A DNA stretch of 64,000 bases from assembly GCA_047495785.1 (NCBI GenBank), contig JBLDXI010000001.1, positions 1,922,001 through 1,986,000 of the forward strand, written 5' to 3'. Under the pieces are notes generated by a model. That model saw nothing but the letters and a program-made list of their open reading frames with translations. It was not told the origin of the DNA and made no database searches. The position numbers and the translations under genes are program-made. This document shows positions 46,190 to 59,900 of the stretch, in pieces. Source of the DNA: Lepidodermella squamata. Lineage: Eukaryota; Animalia; Gastrotricha. Numbering within the stretch: the first letter of the stretch is position 1; each line of letters begins with the position of its first letter.

Positions 46190-47323
46190 AATTTTATTTT
46201 TATTTTGTTGATGGTTTTCATACCTAAAAATCCTGGCCCCCTAGTTTTTTCAACTTCCTCGGATATGTGCGGGCAGTTTTCAAAAGCAGCCTATCCCGTG
46301 TCAAACAAGATCAGACTTGTTTTACATGATAGGACACACTATTGCCCGCGGCATGTCTTCCTCTCTTGTGCGTTATCTACGGACTGAAATGATCAACTCT
46401 CTCGAATTTGCTGCCATTCAGAACTTGATAGATAACTTCGAGCCAAATTTCGTTCATTTGGATGCAATAATTTACTTACTTGTGTAGCGGCTCTTGAATA
46501 CTAGAGTGACTTGTGGATAAAGAACCCCGTGGTTACACGCGCATCTCCTGAAGTAGCATACCAGCGTGCCCAGAATAGGGCTCGTTTTTCTGAATTTACT
46601 TTGTCTCAAGATTACCTCGTGGTCCTCTACCCGACTTCGTAGGTTAGGATTCTTGTATAATTTCTCTGCTGATTGCGTTCTTTTTCCCCTTTTTTGGCTG
46701 CTCGTGTGTCTTCTTCAGCGTTACAGGCTGTTTCCCTATCTCTTTTCCTGGACTACTTTTTCCCGAGTGTTGACGGTGCTTCGGCCCTGTAATTTTCGTT
46801 TTCTCCGCTTTGCTAGTAGTCTCTCTCCTTGTGACCCCCTTGCTTGATAACTACCCCGCTCTTGATAATCCCCTTGCGCTCCCGTCTGCAAGTTTTGTTG
46901 ATGAGCACGATTTACTTTTTGGGGGAAAGCCCAAGTCTGGTTCCTTGCCCGCTTTTTACCATTGAACCTGGCTATTTAACTGCTGCTGAAGTCTTCAGCA
47001 AGGCTACTGATTATATCTCGGCATTATTTCCGCTGCTAAGATTTATGGACCCTTCAGAGTTACTTCCTACAAACGACCGATACCTGGACGGAGCTGCGTT
47101 GCAATGCCGGGTCTCATGCGCTACTAAGGCGACAAATGAGTTTTTCTCGAATTCTTTTTGTTCGATTTTGTCGGTAATTTTCGCGGTGGGCTTATTGCCT
47201 TAGAGCACATCGAAGAGTGCTGTATACGAGCTGTTCGCAGGTTGGTACCGTCTAAAATTGATGCGATTCACCCTGGTGGCATATGAACTTCAATCCCATC
47301 TCTTTTCGGCATATCTGTTTCGG

Positions 47324-48227
47324 TTTTGATCGCTATGGATGCATCTATTCTCTTGTGATTATGTAGGTTTCATAATTATTTCATGCCTACTTTTCAAAGC
47401 CTAGGAAATGCTCAACCCCCAAATGTTTTAATTTGTTTCTTTTAGGTTTTAGCTGATTGAATGTCGTGTTCTGCAATAACCATGCCTAGAAAGTCCTTAC
47501 ATCTAGAAAACCATCTCGTATACAACAGCATGACGATTATAATGACCTAATTGCCATTTCTTTTCGTCGAGAATAGTTTTTCAAAACTTTTCATCCATAC
47601 TTTTGTAGCCGCGTGCTTAGGCGCAGGGCGCAGCCACTCAGTAATCACCTTAATGCATGTTTGATTACCAACCTGATTATCGCGGCTACCGATGTGAGCG
47701 CAGGTAGCACACCGTAACTACAATCTCGATTTCAGGAAATAAAGGAAATCGACTGTATGCTCCTGTCGATAGGGAAATTATCGGGAATTATCGGAATAAG
47801 TTGACTTGAAAAGAGTAGCCTTGTTGAAGCTTGACAGAGACACTACAACTTTAACCCAGATAACACGGGTTACACTTTTTACCGCCGAAGAGGTGTGGAT
47901 CATCACCACCGTTCAAATTCCACCCCTCGCGATTACTAGTTTGTCGTTCTTCGTTGTTACTCGCCGCTGCTGCTACGATAAGGTCACAACTCTGCTTGAT
48001 GCCATTTAGAAAAGCGTCCGGTCTAACGCCGATGCCTAGTTTGCAATGCATACATCGAATAACACGCCGCATTACCTCGCAAAATTCATAATTTGTTGAG
48101 CATTTTCTAGGGTCGGAAAAGTGACATGAAATATAGTTATGAAAATCCAAAAAATTGCCGATACAACTCGTTAGATCCTACAACCTACATAATCACAAGA
48201 GAATAGATGCATCCATAGCAATCAAAA
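47324..48227. repeat. 46-bp inverted repeat (47324-47369 / 48182-48227, 45/46 identical)
   Basis: ttttgatcgctatggatgcatctattctcttgtgattatgtaggtt vs aacctacataatcacaagagaatagatgcatccatagcaatcaaaa. Confidence 0.9.
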
Positions 48228-48896
48228 TAGGTCGCCTAGGCCAATAATAGAGGAAGAGGCAGCCATAAATTGAATCGAAAAATAAATGTGGAAAAATACG
48301 CAACAAAACCAGTGCACTAATCAATTATTGCAAACCAAGCTGCTCGAAATATAAACACCACTTATTTAGAGAGCTGACGGGTTGCAAGGAAACGGCATAA
48401 CATAAGAAATCTGACATATTCTTATATATTCTGATTCTGATGAGATACCTGACAGGATGTAGCCACCAGATTAAAAGCCGCATTTTAAGGTATACCAATC
48501 GTTGGCGCAATAATTCTTTCCACCGATCTGTCAATAAAAAGATTTCATGGCATGAATGATCGAATATTCTATTTGTTTACGTTGAGGTGAATTGTTAAGC
48601 CACCCATTAAACGTGTTCACAAACGCTGTACATACGGATGCGAGGTTGAAGAGCCCTTGGTACTACAGGATGTTCAAGAAATAATGGTTGGGCTATTTTT
48701 GGAGTTGAACTTTGGCCAGACGGCATGCGATATTATTCGAGAGCTGTCAGGAACTTATTTTTCATGAATTAGGAGAATTAGTCTTCACCTCAATTTTTCG
48801 TGTAATTTTTAAAAGGAAGTGGAATATGAAATTTGAAAAAGAATGAAGTAACGGAGAATAGCTTGAAAGCAATTCTGAGATTATTTGTCCGGAATA

Positions 48897-48922
48897 TTTC
48901 TTTTCTTTTCTTTTCTTTTCTT
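48897..48922. repeat. (TTTTC)n microsatellite
   Basis: Read directly from the sequence. Confidence 0.7.
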
Positions 48923-49749
48923 ATCAATGCAGGGTCGTGAACTTTCAAATATCTGGTTTCCAGTAGTACTTATTACCAGCTTCATCCGAATGCTTTCCAC
49001 GCTCTGAAAACAATTATTGATACAGTGCAATTTAATTTTATAATTTTCAACTTTCATTCATTTGCAAAACATTTCGTCATCTCTTTTGACGGATTGGCTT
49101 TTAATGTCTAGCAAAGGCGCATGGTTTACCTAAATATGCATAAAAATTTCCGATTTTTTCAAACACTTGTCATTCCATAACCATGATCGCTTACATTCCC
49201 GTGCTGGAACTTCAAAGCAAGTGTTGCAAATAATATTGTGACCCATTTTATTAGTGCGCAAATTGAACTAATTTTGCGCGCGTGATATAGAGATCGCAAA
49301 TTCCGGACGTAATGAAAATATGTGAACATCATTCATAAACAACGGCGATTGCTAGGCGAAGATAAGCAAATTAGCATTTGTCACTTTACTAATATACCAG
49401 CTGCCAGCTACCGGTATTTTTTCAATAAAACGGCATTATTTTTAAGGTGTAATAATTCGAGTGAAAACACACCGGCAACATTTTTGACGCGACAAAACGT
49501 ATATTATAATAATCTAAAGTTTACAAAATAATGTTAATACAATATTTATCCAAGTGTGTTACTATCAGGCATCGGGTAGACAGCTTTACTTTTCGCATGT
49601 ACAGCGGGTCGATGTGTTATAAACCTGTGTATTGTTATTAGGAGAGCACCGGCCATGTGCTGGTACTCAAAGTACCACCGCCTGTTGTCAAAGTCTCGTG
49701 CTCGTGCGATGCAAGATTTTTGCCTATTCTTACTACATCTCGAAACACG

Positions 49750-50499
49750 ATGACAAAAAGCAGCAGCAGCATCGACTGCTGGGCCCTATTCATCACCTTA
49801 ATAAGCTGCTACCTTAATTTCTCACTCTCGGCCGTCGCCGCCGCCAGCAATAATTACTACCAACACTCGCCGTCGATATACGACGAAGAGAACTGCTTCA
49901 TAGACAGCCAATCAAAAGTTGTAACATGCGACGGAATCGTCAAAAAATCGCACTGTACAACGCCCGTTAAGCCTAAATACGGCCATTTTGTGCCGATAAA
50001 ACTAGTTCACTTTGTCGGAGCCAGAATCAAATATACGTGCGGCCGCAAGTTGAAGCAGCAAATGGGCGTGGCTAACGAATCGGAATGCCTGTGGAACGGC
50101 GAGTGGTCGCTTAAAACACCCCCTCGTTGCTATTGTGATAGCGAAAATACACCTGAACTCATTTTCTCCGCGATTTCCGATAACTGCCTCGAACTAGTGG
50201 AATGTTTGATCGAGCAAAGTGGCGGTAAGGAAAAAATTGAACCAGAAATTCCTCCTTAAAATTAATTTAAAAAAAAAACAGGCAAGTATTTATTTCTTGA
50301 GGACGATTTCGGTTTCTCTCCCCTCGCCTGGGCGGCTAAACTCGGCAATTACGACATGGCGAAGCTGTTGCTGGACCTTGGAGCACCATCAACTAAAACA
50401 GGGATATCAGATTTGAGTCGATCTCCAGAAAAAGTGGCACTCGAAAGCGGTCATTCGAGCATAGCACGGCTCATCACAACTTTTGCGTTAAAAAATTAA
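49750..50499 (+). CDS. Signal peptide + Sushi/CCP domain + ankyrin repeats
   Basis: CTTP..PKYG...G..IKYTC...ECLWNGEWS...PRC; intron 50225-50281; exon 2 DDFGFSPLAWAAKLGNYDMAKLLLDLGA...SPEKVALESGHSSIARLI. Confidence 0.78.
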
Positions 50500-50950
50500 T
50501 AATTTTTATTATTATTATTATCAAATAGCTCATTCAAATATTTTTGTAAAAAAAATTGTTTAATAAAGAATTATGTCTCGCGATGCTGCTGCTATTGTTT
50601 GCGCAGGGCGTTTTTTGATTCGCGCGTATTTATTTTGGCATCTCACGTTCAGCCGGCCCCACGCGCCGGATAATGAAATTATTACGTGTTAACATGTTAC
50701 TGGCAGTACTCGGCTTGCGAGGCGCATTGTTTGCACCGAAAGCGCTCAGTAGTTTCGATGACTGTTACCGCAAACACAGAGCGTAACCTTTGAGATGTAT
50801 AGTTGAGTGGTGGCCGAGATTTCTCGACTTCAGTTATTAAACACCAAATATTATTTTATTTTGATTATTTTGAAAAAATTAACTTTGAACAAAAAGCATC
50901 CTACAACTCCATCGATGAAAGATGAATTTATTTTTGGGCGTTGACGACAG

Positions 50951-53900
50951 ATGAGAACATCGACAAAATCAACGTTCCCGCTTTTGGTTTGTCCGATTTC
51001 AACATTTCGAACATTCCGATTAATAATTTCCAATAGATACATAGCTTAGTGCTTCTCCTTATATCTGTGGCTTTTGCTGAGTGTTCCAACAATACCGTCG
51101 GACGAAGTAAGAAATTTCATCATCGTAATTTCGCCATTTATTGTTGCGTTCTTGCAGTCTGCTCAAATAACGCTGATTGCTCGGGTCCGAACGAACATTG
51201 CGCAATCGACAAAAATTTCGTAAGATTTACGGCCCGCTTTTTTCGGTGACCTAATTTCTAGAATATCTTTTTTAGGATTCACCTTGCAGATTAGGTTATT
51301 GTTCGTGTCTACCTTGCCATGCGTTGAATGCAACAGAATCCTGTGATCCAAGTATTGTGTCATCTTTCAGCTTTCAGCCACCTTAAAAGTCGCGCTATTT
51401 TTAGTTATTTCGAGGCGGCTTGGTGATTCATGCGATCCAAGATTACCGGAAAATCAAGAAGTTTTGGCTGAAAATGCTCACTGTTCGAATCAAACCAACA
51501 CTGTCATTTGCCGCTACGGCTTACCCCAGGGCAGAAATGGCACTTGCCCCCCGAAACCAGGCATTTACTACGAGGGCGAAGAATGCAAAGATGCGTTCGA
51601 TTGCCGTGGCGATATGATTTGCTTACGGGGAAATAGCACCTGCTCTTGCCCGAACGAATCTGATAAATTCGACCCGGAAAGAAATGCTTGCGTGAAACGG
51701 GAATTCGGAGATTCTTGCCAGAACGATAACCAGTGCAAAGTTCGCGGGTCAATTGAAAAGGGCGGCTTCACCTGGGACGCAGCTGCCTGCGTTAACGGCA
51801 GATGTGGCTGTGGACTGGGTGATCACGCTACTCGCGTCACTATTATGGACCCTAAGACTCAGATGCTGGTGCAAAAAGACATCTGTGTGACAAATGGAGC
51901 ATTTATCGGCCGAACTTTTATGGGGAATTGCAATGTTGACCCTATTTACGCCGGTGACCTCAAGGATACTCGCATTTGCTCGACTGACTTGGTATGCCGG
52001 CACTGCCCAGAGGACAATTTTCGTCTACAGACCCTAGGAAAGTGTCGTAAGTGTTCGAAATCTATATCGAATTCATTTTTAAGGTGCGTTCTTTCTAGGC
52101 AAGGTCATCACACCTCCGAGGAAACCTTTGTGCTACGGCGGTTTAGAAATTCAAGTACCCCAGGTGGCAAATCAGCAAATACTTGCGACATCTCGACCTT
52201 TTGTGCCCGATATAGCCATTTCACGTGACGATGAATTCACTCCGATTGCCGGAACTCGGCCGTGGTTACCTGAGATCACAATTCCGCTTACCTTGGTCAT
52301 AGTAGAGAAACCTAAGGTTGGTACTCCTACTGCTTCTCCGATCATAGTTCCATCGGTTGAGAAAGCTGGGCCACCTCGACCAGCTATTCCTGAAATCAAT
52401 ATTGCAATAAAGCCGGAAAAAACCTCGCCAGCAACGAAAAGGTCAGACCTATACACCACTTCGATGAAAACTGCCTTAACGAGATCCTGGGTGAATGCAA
52501 CTGACTCATCGCAGTCAAACTGGACTTCAAGTGGTAATGCAACTGACATTCCTCGAGTTCAGGTTCCAGATATTAAAATTACGAGAAGCCCTTACTTCCA
52601 GTTGAAGGAAGATCCGGAGCCCACTACAACTGTTACTGAAGGTCCAAACTCAACAAAAATAATCATTTGGCCGATGGCTGGCAATCGAAATGGAACAGCT
52701 TCACATAGAGATGGCGTGACAGTTGCTGGCCTTAATCCGAGACAACCCAGCTCTGATATCGAAATGTCGAATTCAAGCCGGGTCTTAGTGCCAGACATTA
52801 GAATAACGAAGGGCGAGGGCTTCTCTTACACAACCAAAATCTACTATTCCGGCGATGCAGATTATCAAACGAATGGCACTACTTTATCTTCTCCAGCACC
52901 ATCCTATCCTTTCCTCTCAAACTCAGGGAACGAAAACAGTCCGATGTTGATTCCGGTGATTACCGTGAATACTTCAATCACTAAAGAACCGATGAACTCT
53001 AGTAGTCTGACACGGGTTTCAATCCCTGAAATTCGAATACCGGTGGCGATTCGGCCGAATATCACTGAGCCTATTGTTCGACCGTCCGTTGTTAATGTCA
53101 TTTCAAGCAATTTTTCTGGCACTAATTCATCAGGATCTGCGGAATCTTACGTTTCGACCAATAATTCGAGACCGGCCATTCCCGAGATCAGGATCCGCAT
53201 ACCATCTGATCGTGCATCCATCACCAACATTACGCTTGGAAATGCGACCGAACCTCTCGATCGAAACAATACCGCTGAGACTGAAATACTGATAGATATA
53301 ACCACGACAAATCTGCCCTACTCTTCCATCGGCACGCGCCCAATGATTCCCGAGATTCGAGTTACTCCAAACGCTGCTGTAGCTCGAGCTCCAGACATGA
53401 TCATTAATTCAAGTAATTTAACGGACGAATCTGGGAATTATTCCTCTATCAACTCAACACGACCGGCGATACCTGAAATAAGAGTGTCAGTCAGCCGCCT
53501 TAATCAATCTGAGTCGATGACTCATCTGCCTACCAATGACTCCATGCGGCAAACTTTGGTACCGGAAATACGAATTACGCAACCACCGAATGATGGAGTC
53601 TTTAATTTCTCTGAAATCAGGCCGATTGATATCGGGGAGAAAGCGAATTCGTCCACTACAACCGTCGATGGCATGACTAGCAGAACCCCTATTCCTGGCA
53701 TTGAAATTACAACAACGCCTGAGAGTCAAACAACAGTTGCGTCTGATAGTTTGACATCCACTTCTGGGATGAAAAGCACCTCTACTCAGCAGACTTCTCG
53801 AGCGACATCGATTCGGCCTGATATACCACCAGTGAGAGTGACGATTCCAACCACTAGAACTACACTTGCTTCGACCACTGACGGTCCTGTTTCTACTGCC

Positions 53901-56900
53901 TCTGGAGTGAGCAGTGGTACCCAGTCTTCTTCAGAGGCCCTGAGCACGAAACCACCTTATTTGGCCTCATCATCCAGTCCTGGAGCTGATTACTCGGCAA
54001 CTACTGCAGACTCTTTCATGACAACGAGAGCTTCAGTGCCGGACGTGAGAATTAGAGTTACAACCACGAAACCTTCAACTTATTCATCGACCTCACCATC
54101 GCCATCCTCTAGTTCCAGATTAGATGGCTTATTATCAACAGCCTCTTCCCAAGCATCTGTTACCCCAACTCTTTCTATGACATCAACGAACCTAGCTGGA
54201 GGAGATCGTGGAAACAACTCAACGCCGGTTGGACAAGGACAGCAATTCCTAAGTTCTACTCCAACGAGGGATAATTCAATGTCGACGATCACTCGGGCTA
54301 TTCCCGATGTTCCAAGAATCAGGACCACAACTGAGGGTAGCACATCCACTTTGAATGGACCCACAATCGATGATTCATGGAAGCCGAATCAATTTGACAA
54401 TTTGAATGAAACTACAAGCAGAAATTCGACTCGGCCTGATATTCCGGAGATCAGGATCACTACTCGCCAAAATAGCATTTCAACTCCCTTATATACGCGT
54501 CAAAGCATCCCCGATATTCCCGTTGCGCGAACGAGCACGGCTTCCGTATCCAAGGATACTCTCCCGACTTCTACCTCAGAGACTACCCTCGGAAGTGCAT
54601 TAACTGATTCTACGTCCGAGTCCCCGGTAAATTCCTCGGAATCACATTGGACGGGGAATTCACGAGCAGCAGTACCTAGCATCAGAGTAACCTCAAGCTA
54701 CGAAACTCAAAAAGTGACCTACCCGCTTGGCGATACCACGTCGCTTGATACAGAATCCACAAGATCTGAGTTAGATGGGGGAAATACAAAATCATCAAGG
54801 CCAACTATCCCAGCTATCCACGTCACCAGTCAATCGTTAGCCGTTGGTATTGGGGACCTAGATAAACCGACAACACTATCTGGGACATCTATAGTTGTTC
54901 CTGGAAATCAATCGGATTACTTTACAAGTCGAGCAAGATCTTCGATTCCAACGATACCAAGAGTATTGATTACAAAAGTACCACTTACTTTCACGTCAGA
55001 TAGCTCTGATAAGTATCTCGGAGGATCTGATCAACCTAATAGCACCGACTCAAATGTTACGTTTACTTCGAGACCGAATTTGACAATTGCCGAAGTCACT
55101 TCTACAAACATCGCCCGCGAAACGATTTCGAGTGATCGAGTGACCGCCCTGAACAACTCAGTGTCCTCATACGAAAGATTTTCGCGCCCTTCTATCCCGA
55201 CGATAAGAATTACAGCGCCCACAACTTCGGCAGCTCTAGCCGCAGATGAGGCCACCACGACTTCGGCGAATTACCCGCTATTAATTGAAAACGCGACTGA
55301 ACAAGGGGCTAATTTTAGCTCTAAGGCTCGTGTTAATGTTTCAGAGATTCGAGTTACTCGTCCACCTGGTTTGCTTTCAACGAAATGGGTATCTGAATAT
55401 GCCAATACAACTGCCAGTAACTCGACCAGTGATTTGGGAAACAACTCGACGATGTCGAGACCTTGGGTTCCCGAGATCAAGATTACTAGACCTTCCTCTA
55501 CAACTCAGATGGTTCCTTTGGCAACAAACTCTGAAACATCTTCAGATTCAAGCCAATCGGACCAGGCAACTACCGTCTCTAAAGCAGTTTCGAATGAAAC
55601 AACCGTATCTGTGAGACCTGGTATCCCCGAGATAACAATAAGATTTACCAGACCCTGTGCAATTGCGGAACTGACGACTACAATGGCGAATTCCTCTGGC
55701 CTGGTTACGTCTTTTCCACTTGAAGTTGACTCTGAGAATTCGACGACCCGTCAAACGGTTAAACCAAGTATTCCCGCAATCAGAATCACCACTTCTGAAG
55801 TTACAGTAACATCTACAACCCTGTTGAACTCAATGAAGACATCGTCAATCTCCGAGTACGTCACTAGCGATACGAGTCATATAAACGGGACGGTTGCTGC
55901 TCTGAATAGTTCTGAGTCTTCACTTGGGAGCTTTACTCGATCAGCGATACCGGATATAAGGATTACGGCACCCTCAACGGTGCCAACTTTCACTGCTGAT
56001 ACCACAATCTTGTTTCCAACGATTCAGTCGCTGTTCGTTGAGAATACGACCGATTCTGGGGCTAAATTTAGCAACGCAAGCCGCCAAGCTGTCCCTGATA
56101 TTAGAATAACTCGTCCTCCTGGTTTACTCTCAACGAACTCAGCCATCAACCTTGACAATGCGACCTCGACTAACTTCACCACTGCTTCTCCACAGCAATA
56201 CTCAGCGATTTCCAGATCTTGGGTGCCTGAAATTAAGGTAACAAAACCCTCAGCAGCTACAGAGACCACTCTGTCATCAAATAGCTCTGAAACAACGGGT
56301 TCGAATGTTTCCAAAACGGACCAGGCAACGAATTATTCTTCGCCGAATGTCACTGCAAGATCCGAGAGACCTGAAATAACATTGAGATTCACAAAGCCGG
56401 AGCTCTTCACAACGGCGGTTGCTGATTTCTCAGCCACAGTAACACATCCAACTAACGAGAATGACTCCACATTCAACAGATCTAACGGAACTATGGGTCA
56501 GTCTAGCAAGTTCAGCATTCCGGTAATCAAAATAACGACACCGGAACTTCAGACCTCAACAGCATCACCCTCTTATCCGACGAACATAACATCGGATGTT
56601 GTAGGCCTGTCTTGGAACTCTACTGTTATGGTACCTGAAATTAAAATTACGAGACCGCCTCTTACGGTTGAGCTGACCAGTGTTTCTATCGATTCAAGCT
56701 TTACAACTCCTTACCCCGCTGTTTCGGCTGCAATGGATGAATTGAACAGAACCAGTAACGTTTCGAAATCTGCCGAGTTGCACATTCCTGATATAAAAAT
56801 AACAAAAGAGCCGAGTCCGCCGCCGTGGACAACTATTGTCCCTTCTATCTCGGGAATAAATATTTCAGCAGCTTTTTCTGGTAATGGCTCTAACTCATCT

Positions 56901-59900
56901 GACGGTCTCCAGTCACCAGTTACGGGACGAGTTCGTTCAACTATTCCGGCCATACGAATAACCACAGAGTCTTACAAATTGGATGAAAACTCAAAGCTGA
57001 ACTCTACCGTGATTAAAAAAGATAACGGCACGCAAATTTCACCTGGCTATACTATATCCGAAATCGCAGTTACTCGAGGTCAGACTGTTGCTACAACTTC
57101 ATCCTTCGAAATCTTCTCGCTGGTTAACACCAACTTTTCAAATACTACCAGTGCTATCACAGCAAGGCCGTCAATCCCTGCTATTCTTATAACACGTGAT
57201 AAAAGCCAACTCGATGGCGAAACCGGTAACAGAACGGTTTCTGACGATAATGACGCCTCAAATTTTACCAAGGCGCAAAGCGAAGCTAGGGTGACTATCC
57301 CAACTATCAAAATAACGACACCAACTCCTCGCGGCGATGATTCAGCTACCACAACGGCACAATTCGAGGTTTCGATTCCTCCTGAGTTTCTCAACGGATC
57401 GTTGATGATCAATTTCACTGCCTTTACCGTGGAAACAACAAATGAGACATCAACTTCAAGACCTACGGACCCTGTTAGGATTACGTTAGTTCCTGATATC
57501 CGGGTGACAAGGAATCCTGCAACAGCTGAAACTGATTCTGCCGCCGTGCGCCTTGATACTACCACTACCGCAGTCTTAGAGTCTAACTCTAGCACCTCTC
57601 TGGTTCCGATGATGACAAGCCTCTCGGCTCCGAATGAAACGGCTACACGTTCTTCCGAACAAATCAGCGTCGTTATAACGGTTGACGCGGGAAAATTCCG
57701 GCCGACTATACCTGAAATCAGAGTGACTGAGCCGTTTTCTCGCGTTTCTGAAGCAGTAACAACAGCTCCTTTCGTCATTACCACCACGCAAAGTTTTCCA
57801 GCGTTGAATGGATCCTCAGAATCAATTCCTATTGGATACTCCTATAATATCTCGACGAGGCCTTGGATACCCGAAATTCGGATCACAAGGCAACCTGTCT
57901 TTTCCAGCGAGACCATTGGACCCACTGTTATCAATGCGACCGTAACTTCTTCATATTTTACCGATTCACATTTAAACATCAGTCATATGAATGAAACGCT
58001 GGCGAACAATCACTCAAATGCGAGTGCACGTCCCATTGTGCCCGAAATTCGAATAACAATCAATCCTTTTGAAAGAGCGTCCACCATGCAACCCGATCAT
58101 GAAACAACCTTGACCTACACAACACGGGACGAATCGTACACGAATGATGAGAACAGGACGACGACGCTGAATTTCAACTCATCTACTGGTTCCACTGGAA
58201 CGTCGACGAGGCCAATCATCCCCGAAATCAGAGTTACCACGGAGCGTCTCAACATTTCTCAAGTAGGATCAACTCGATCTTCGATGTTAGATTCCGACGG
58301 CGAATCAACTTCAAGCGGTGCACGAACTGAGAGTACAGTCAGCTTTTCAGCAAGGCCATCGATTCCGGATGTGAAAGTGACAACATCTAATTATGGCTCC
58401 TCGTCAACTATAAAAGGAACTGAAATCAACGCGGAAAATTCTACGACCACAAATAGTGCATCCGGTGATACTATTACGCCAATAGTGATTACGATTGATG
58501 CTGCAAATTTTTCGACTTCGCCATCGTCAACATTTACCTATTCCTCTATTCAAAATTCATCATCAGATCGAATTCCAAGACCAACAATCCCAGTCATAGT
58601 GATCACCTCATCTCCATCCACAACCGCCTCAGAAAAAAGTACAAAGTTCATCGAAACAAGTTCTGCCGTGGCAGCAACAGACCTAACTTCAGTTGTAACT
58701 CGAATCCCTACGATACCTCGTATCGTGGTTACAGAGTCTCGCCAGACTCTTCAGCCTAATTCAGGGAGCTCTGCGGAAAGCTTGCTTGAATCAACAACAG
58801 TCGCCTCGTCAGGTTCCGCTTCGGGATCAACAGAAGGTATATCTACCACTCAGTCTCTTTCTGCTAGAACTTCCAAGTCAGATGTTGTTTCCACCACGAA
58901 TTTGCGATCTGGCGGCTCTACCTCGAGTATCGAAGGAGCGTCAACATTTTCGAATAAAAATAATATGACTACGCTATCGAACAGCGTGACCTCCGCTACC
59001 AGCCTTTCGACTACCCCATCTAGTTTGATAACTACTGTACTTGCAGACTCGAACTCTACGATTATGCGATCAAAATCAACAGTGAAAGCCGGTTTCAGCA
59101 CTCCTATTTTCGTCACATATTCATCGACCATTTCAACGACGCCAGGTGTATCGCGTCCCGGTACTTCACCTACGACAACTGTAAATATTGTCGTTCTGAT
59201 AACAAGCCCTACTCGACCGCTATCTGTATCATCCTCGGCGACTACTTTGGGCTACGGCGATTCTACCACCGGATCGACACGAATAGATGGAGTGCAGTCG
59301 TCAACCACGAATCCGAATATTCGAATGAGTTCAACTGCTGTTTATGGCCAGTCATCACAGGCAGCATCATTAGTGACACAATCTACTACATCATCACTTA
59401 ATGATACCAGCCCAACGTCGGCTTTGAGATCTACAGAAATTGGAAAATATTCGAGTATCGCGACCACAACTGCTAGACCAATCAACACTTCGAGCTCGCT
59501 GTCGACTAAATCCGCGAATTTTTCATCTGGCACAACGACGAGATCCTCCTTGTCTTCAGTTTCTTCCCTTTCGCCCACCGTTTCCGGATCAACAAGGAGT
59601 ACAAGTCCTCTTGTTAGCCAGTTTTCAACGCGTGATTTCCCTATGCTGAATGGAACAACACCTTCAACCGCAACATCTTACTCGATGAGGTCTGAAACAA
59701 CTTCGAGCACCACAAGATCCCTGATATCGGTCGACAACACAACGACTAGTACTCGGAGAATTCCATCAGAATCAACTACGGGCGCGTCGTTATCAACGCC
59801 TAAAGTTGTGGATCCTCAGACTAATCATAGCACCATAAGCAGTACCAATCAAAGAGTCAATACGACGTCAACTTTCACCATCGAGAAATTTACGAGTTCA

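Larger units (their letters stand above)
45965..48227 (-). mobile_element. Possible heavily decayed retroelement or viral remnant carrying dUTPase
   Basis: Intronless stop-riddled region; weak integrase-like words IHSDQ (~47325-47345) and KGP*I upstream of the dUTPase on the same strand. Confidence 0.3.

Noticed and set aside
47324-48227. Inverted repeat as TIRs of an intact DNA transposon
   Set aside because: No target-site duplication or transposase; one arm lies inside decayed coding-like sequence.
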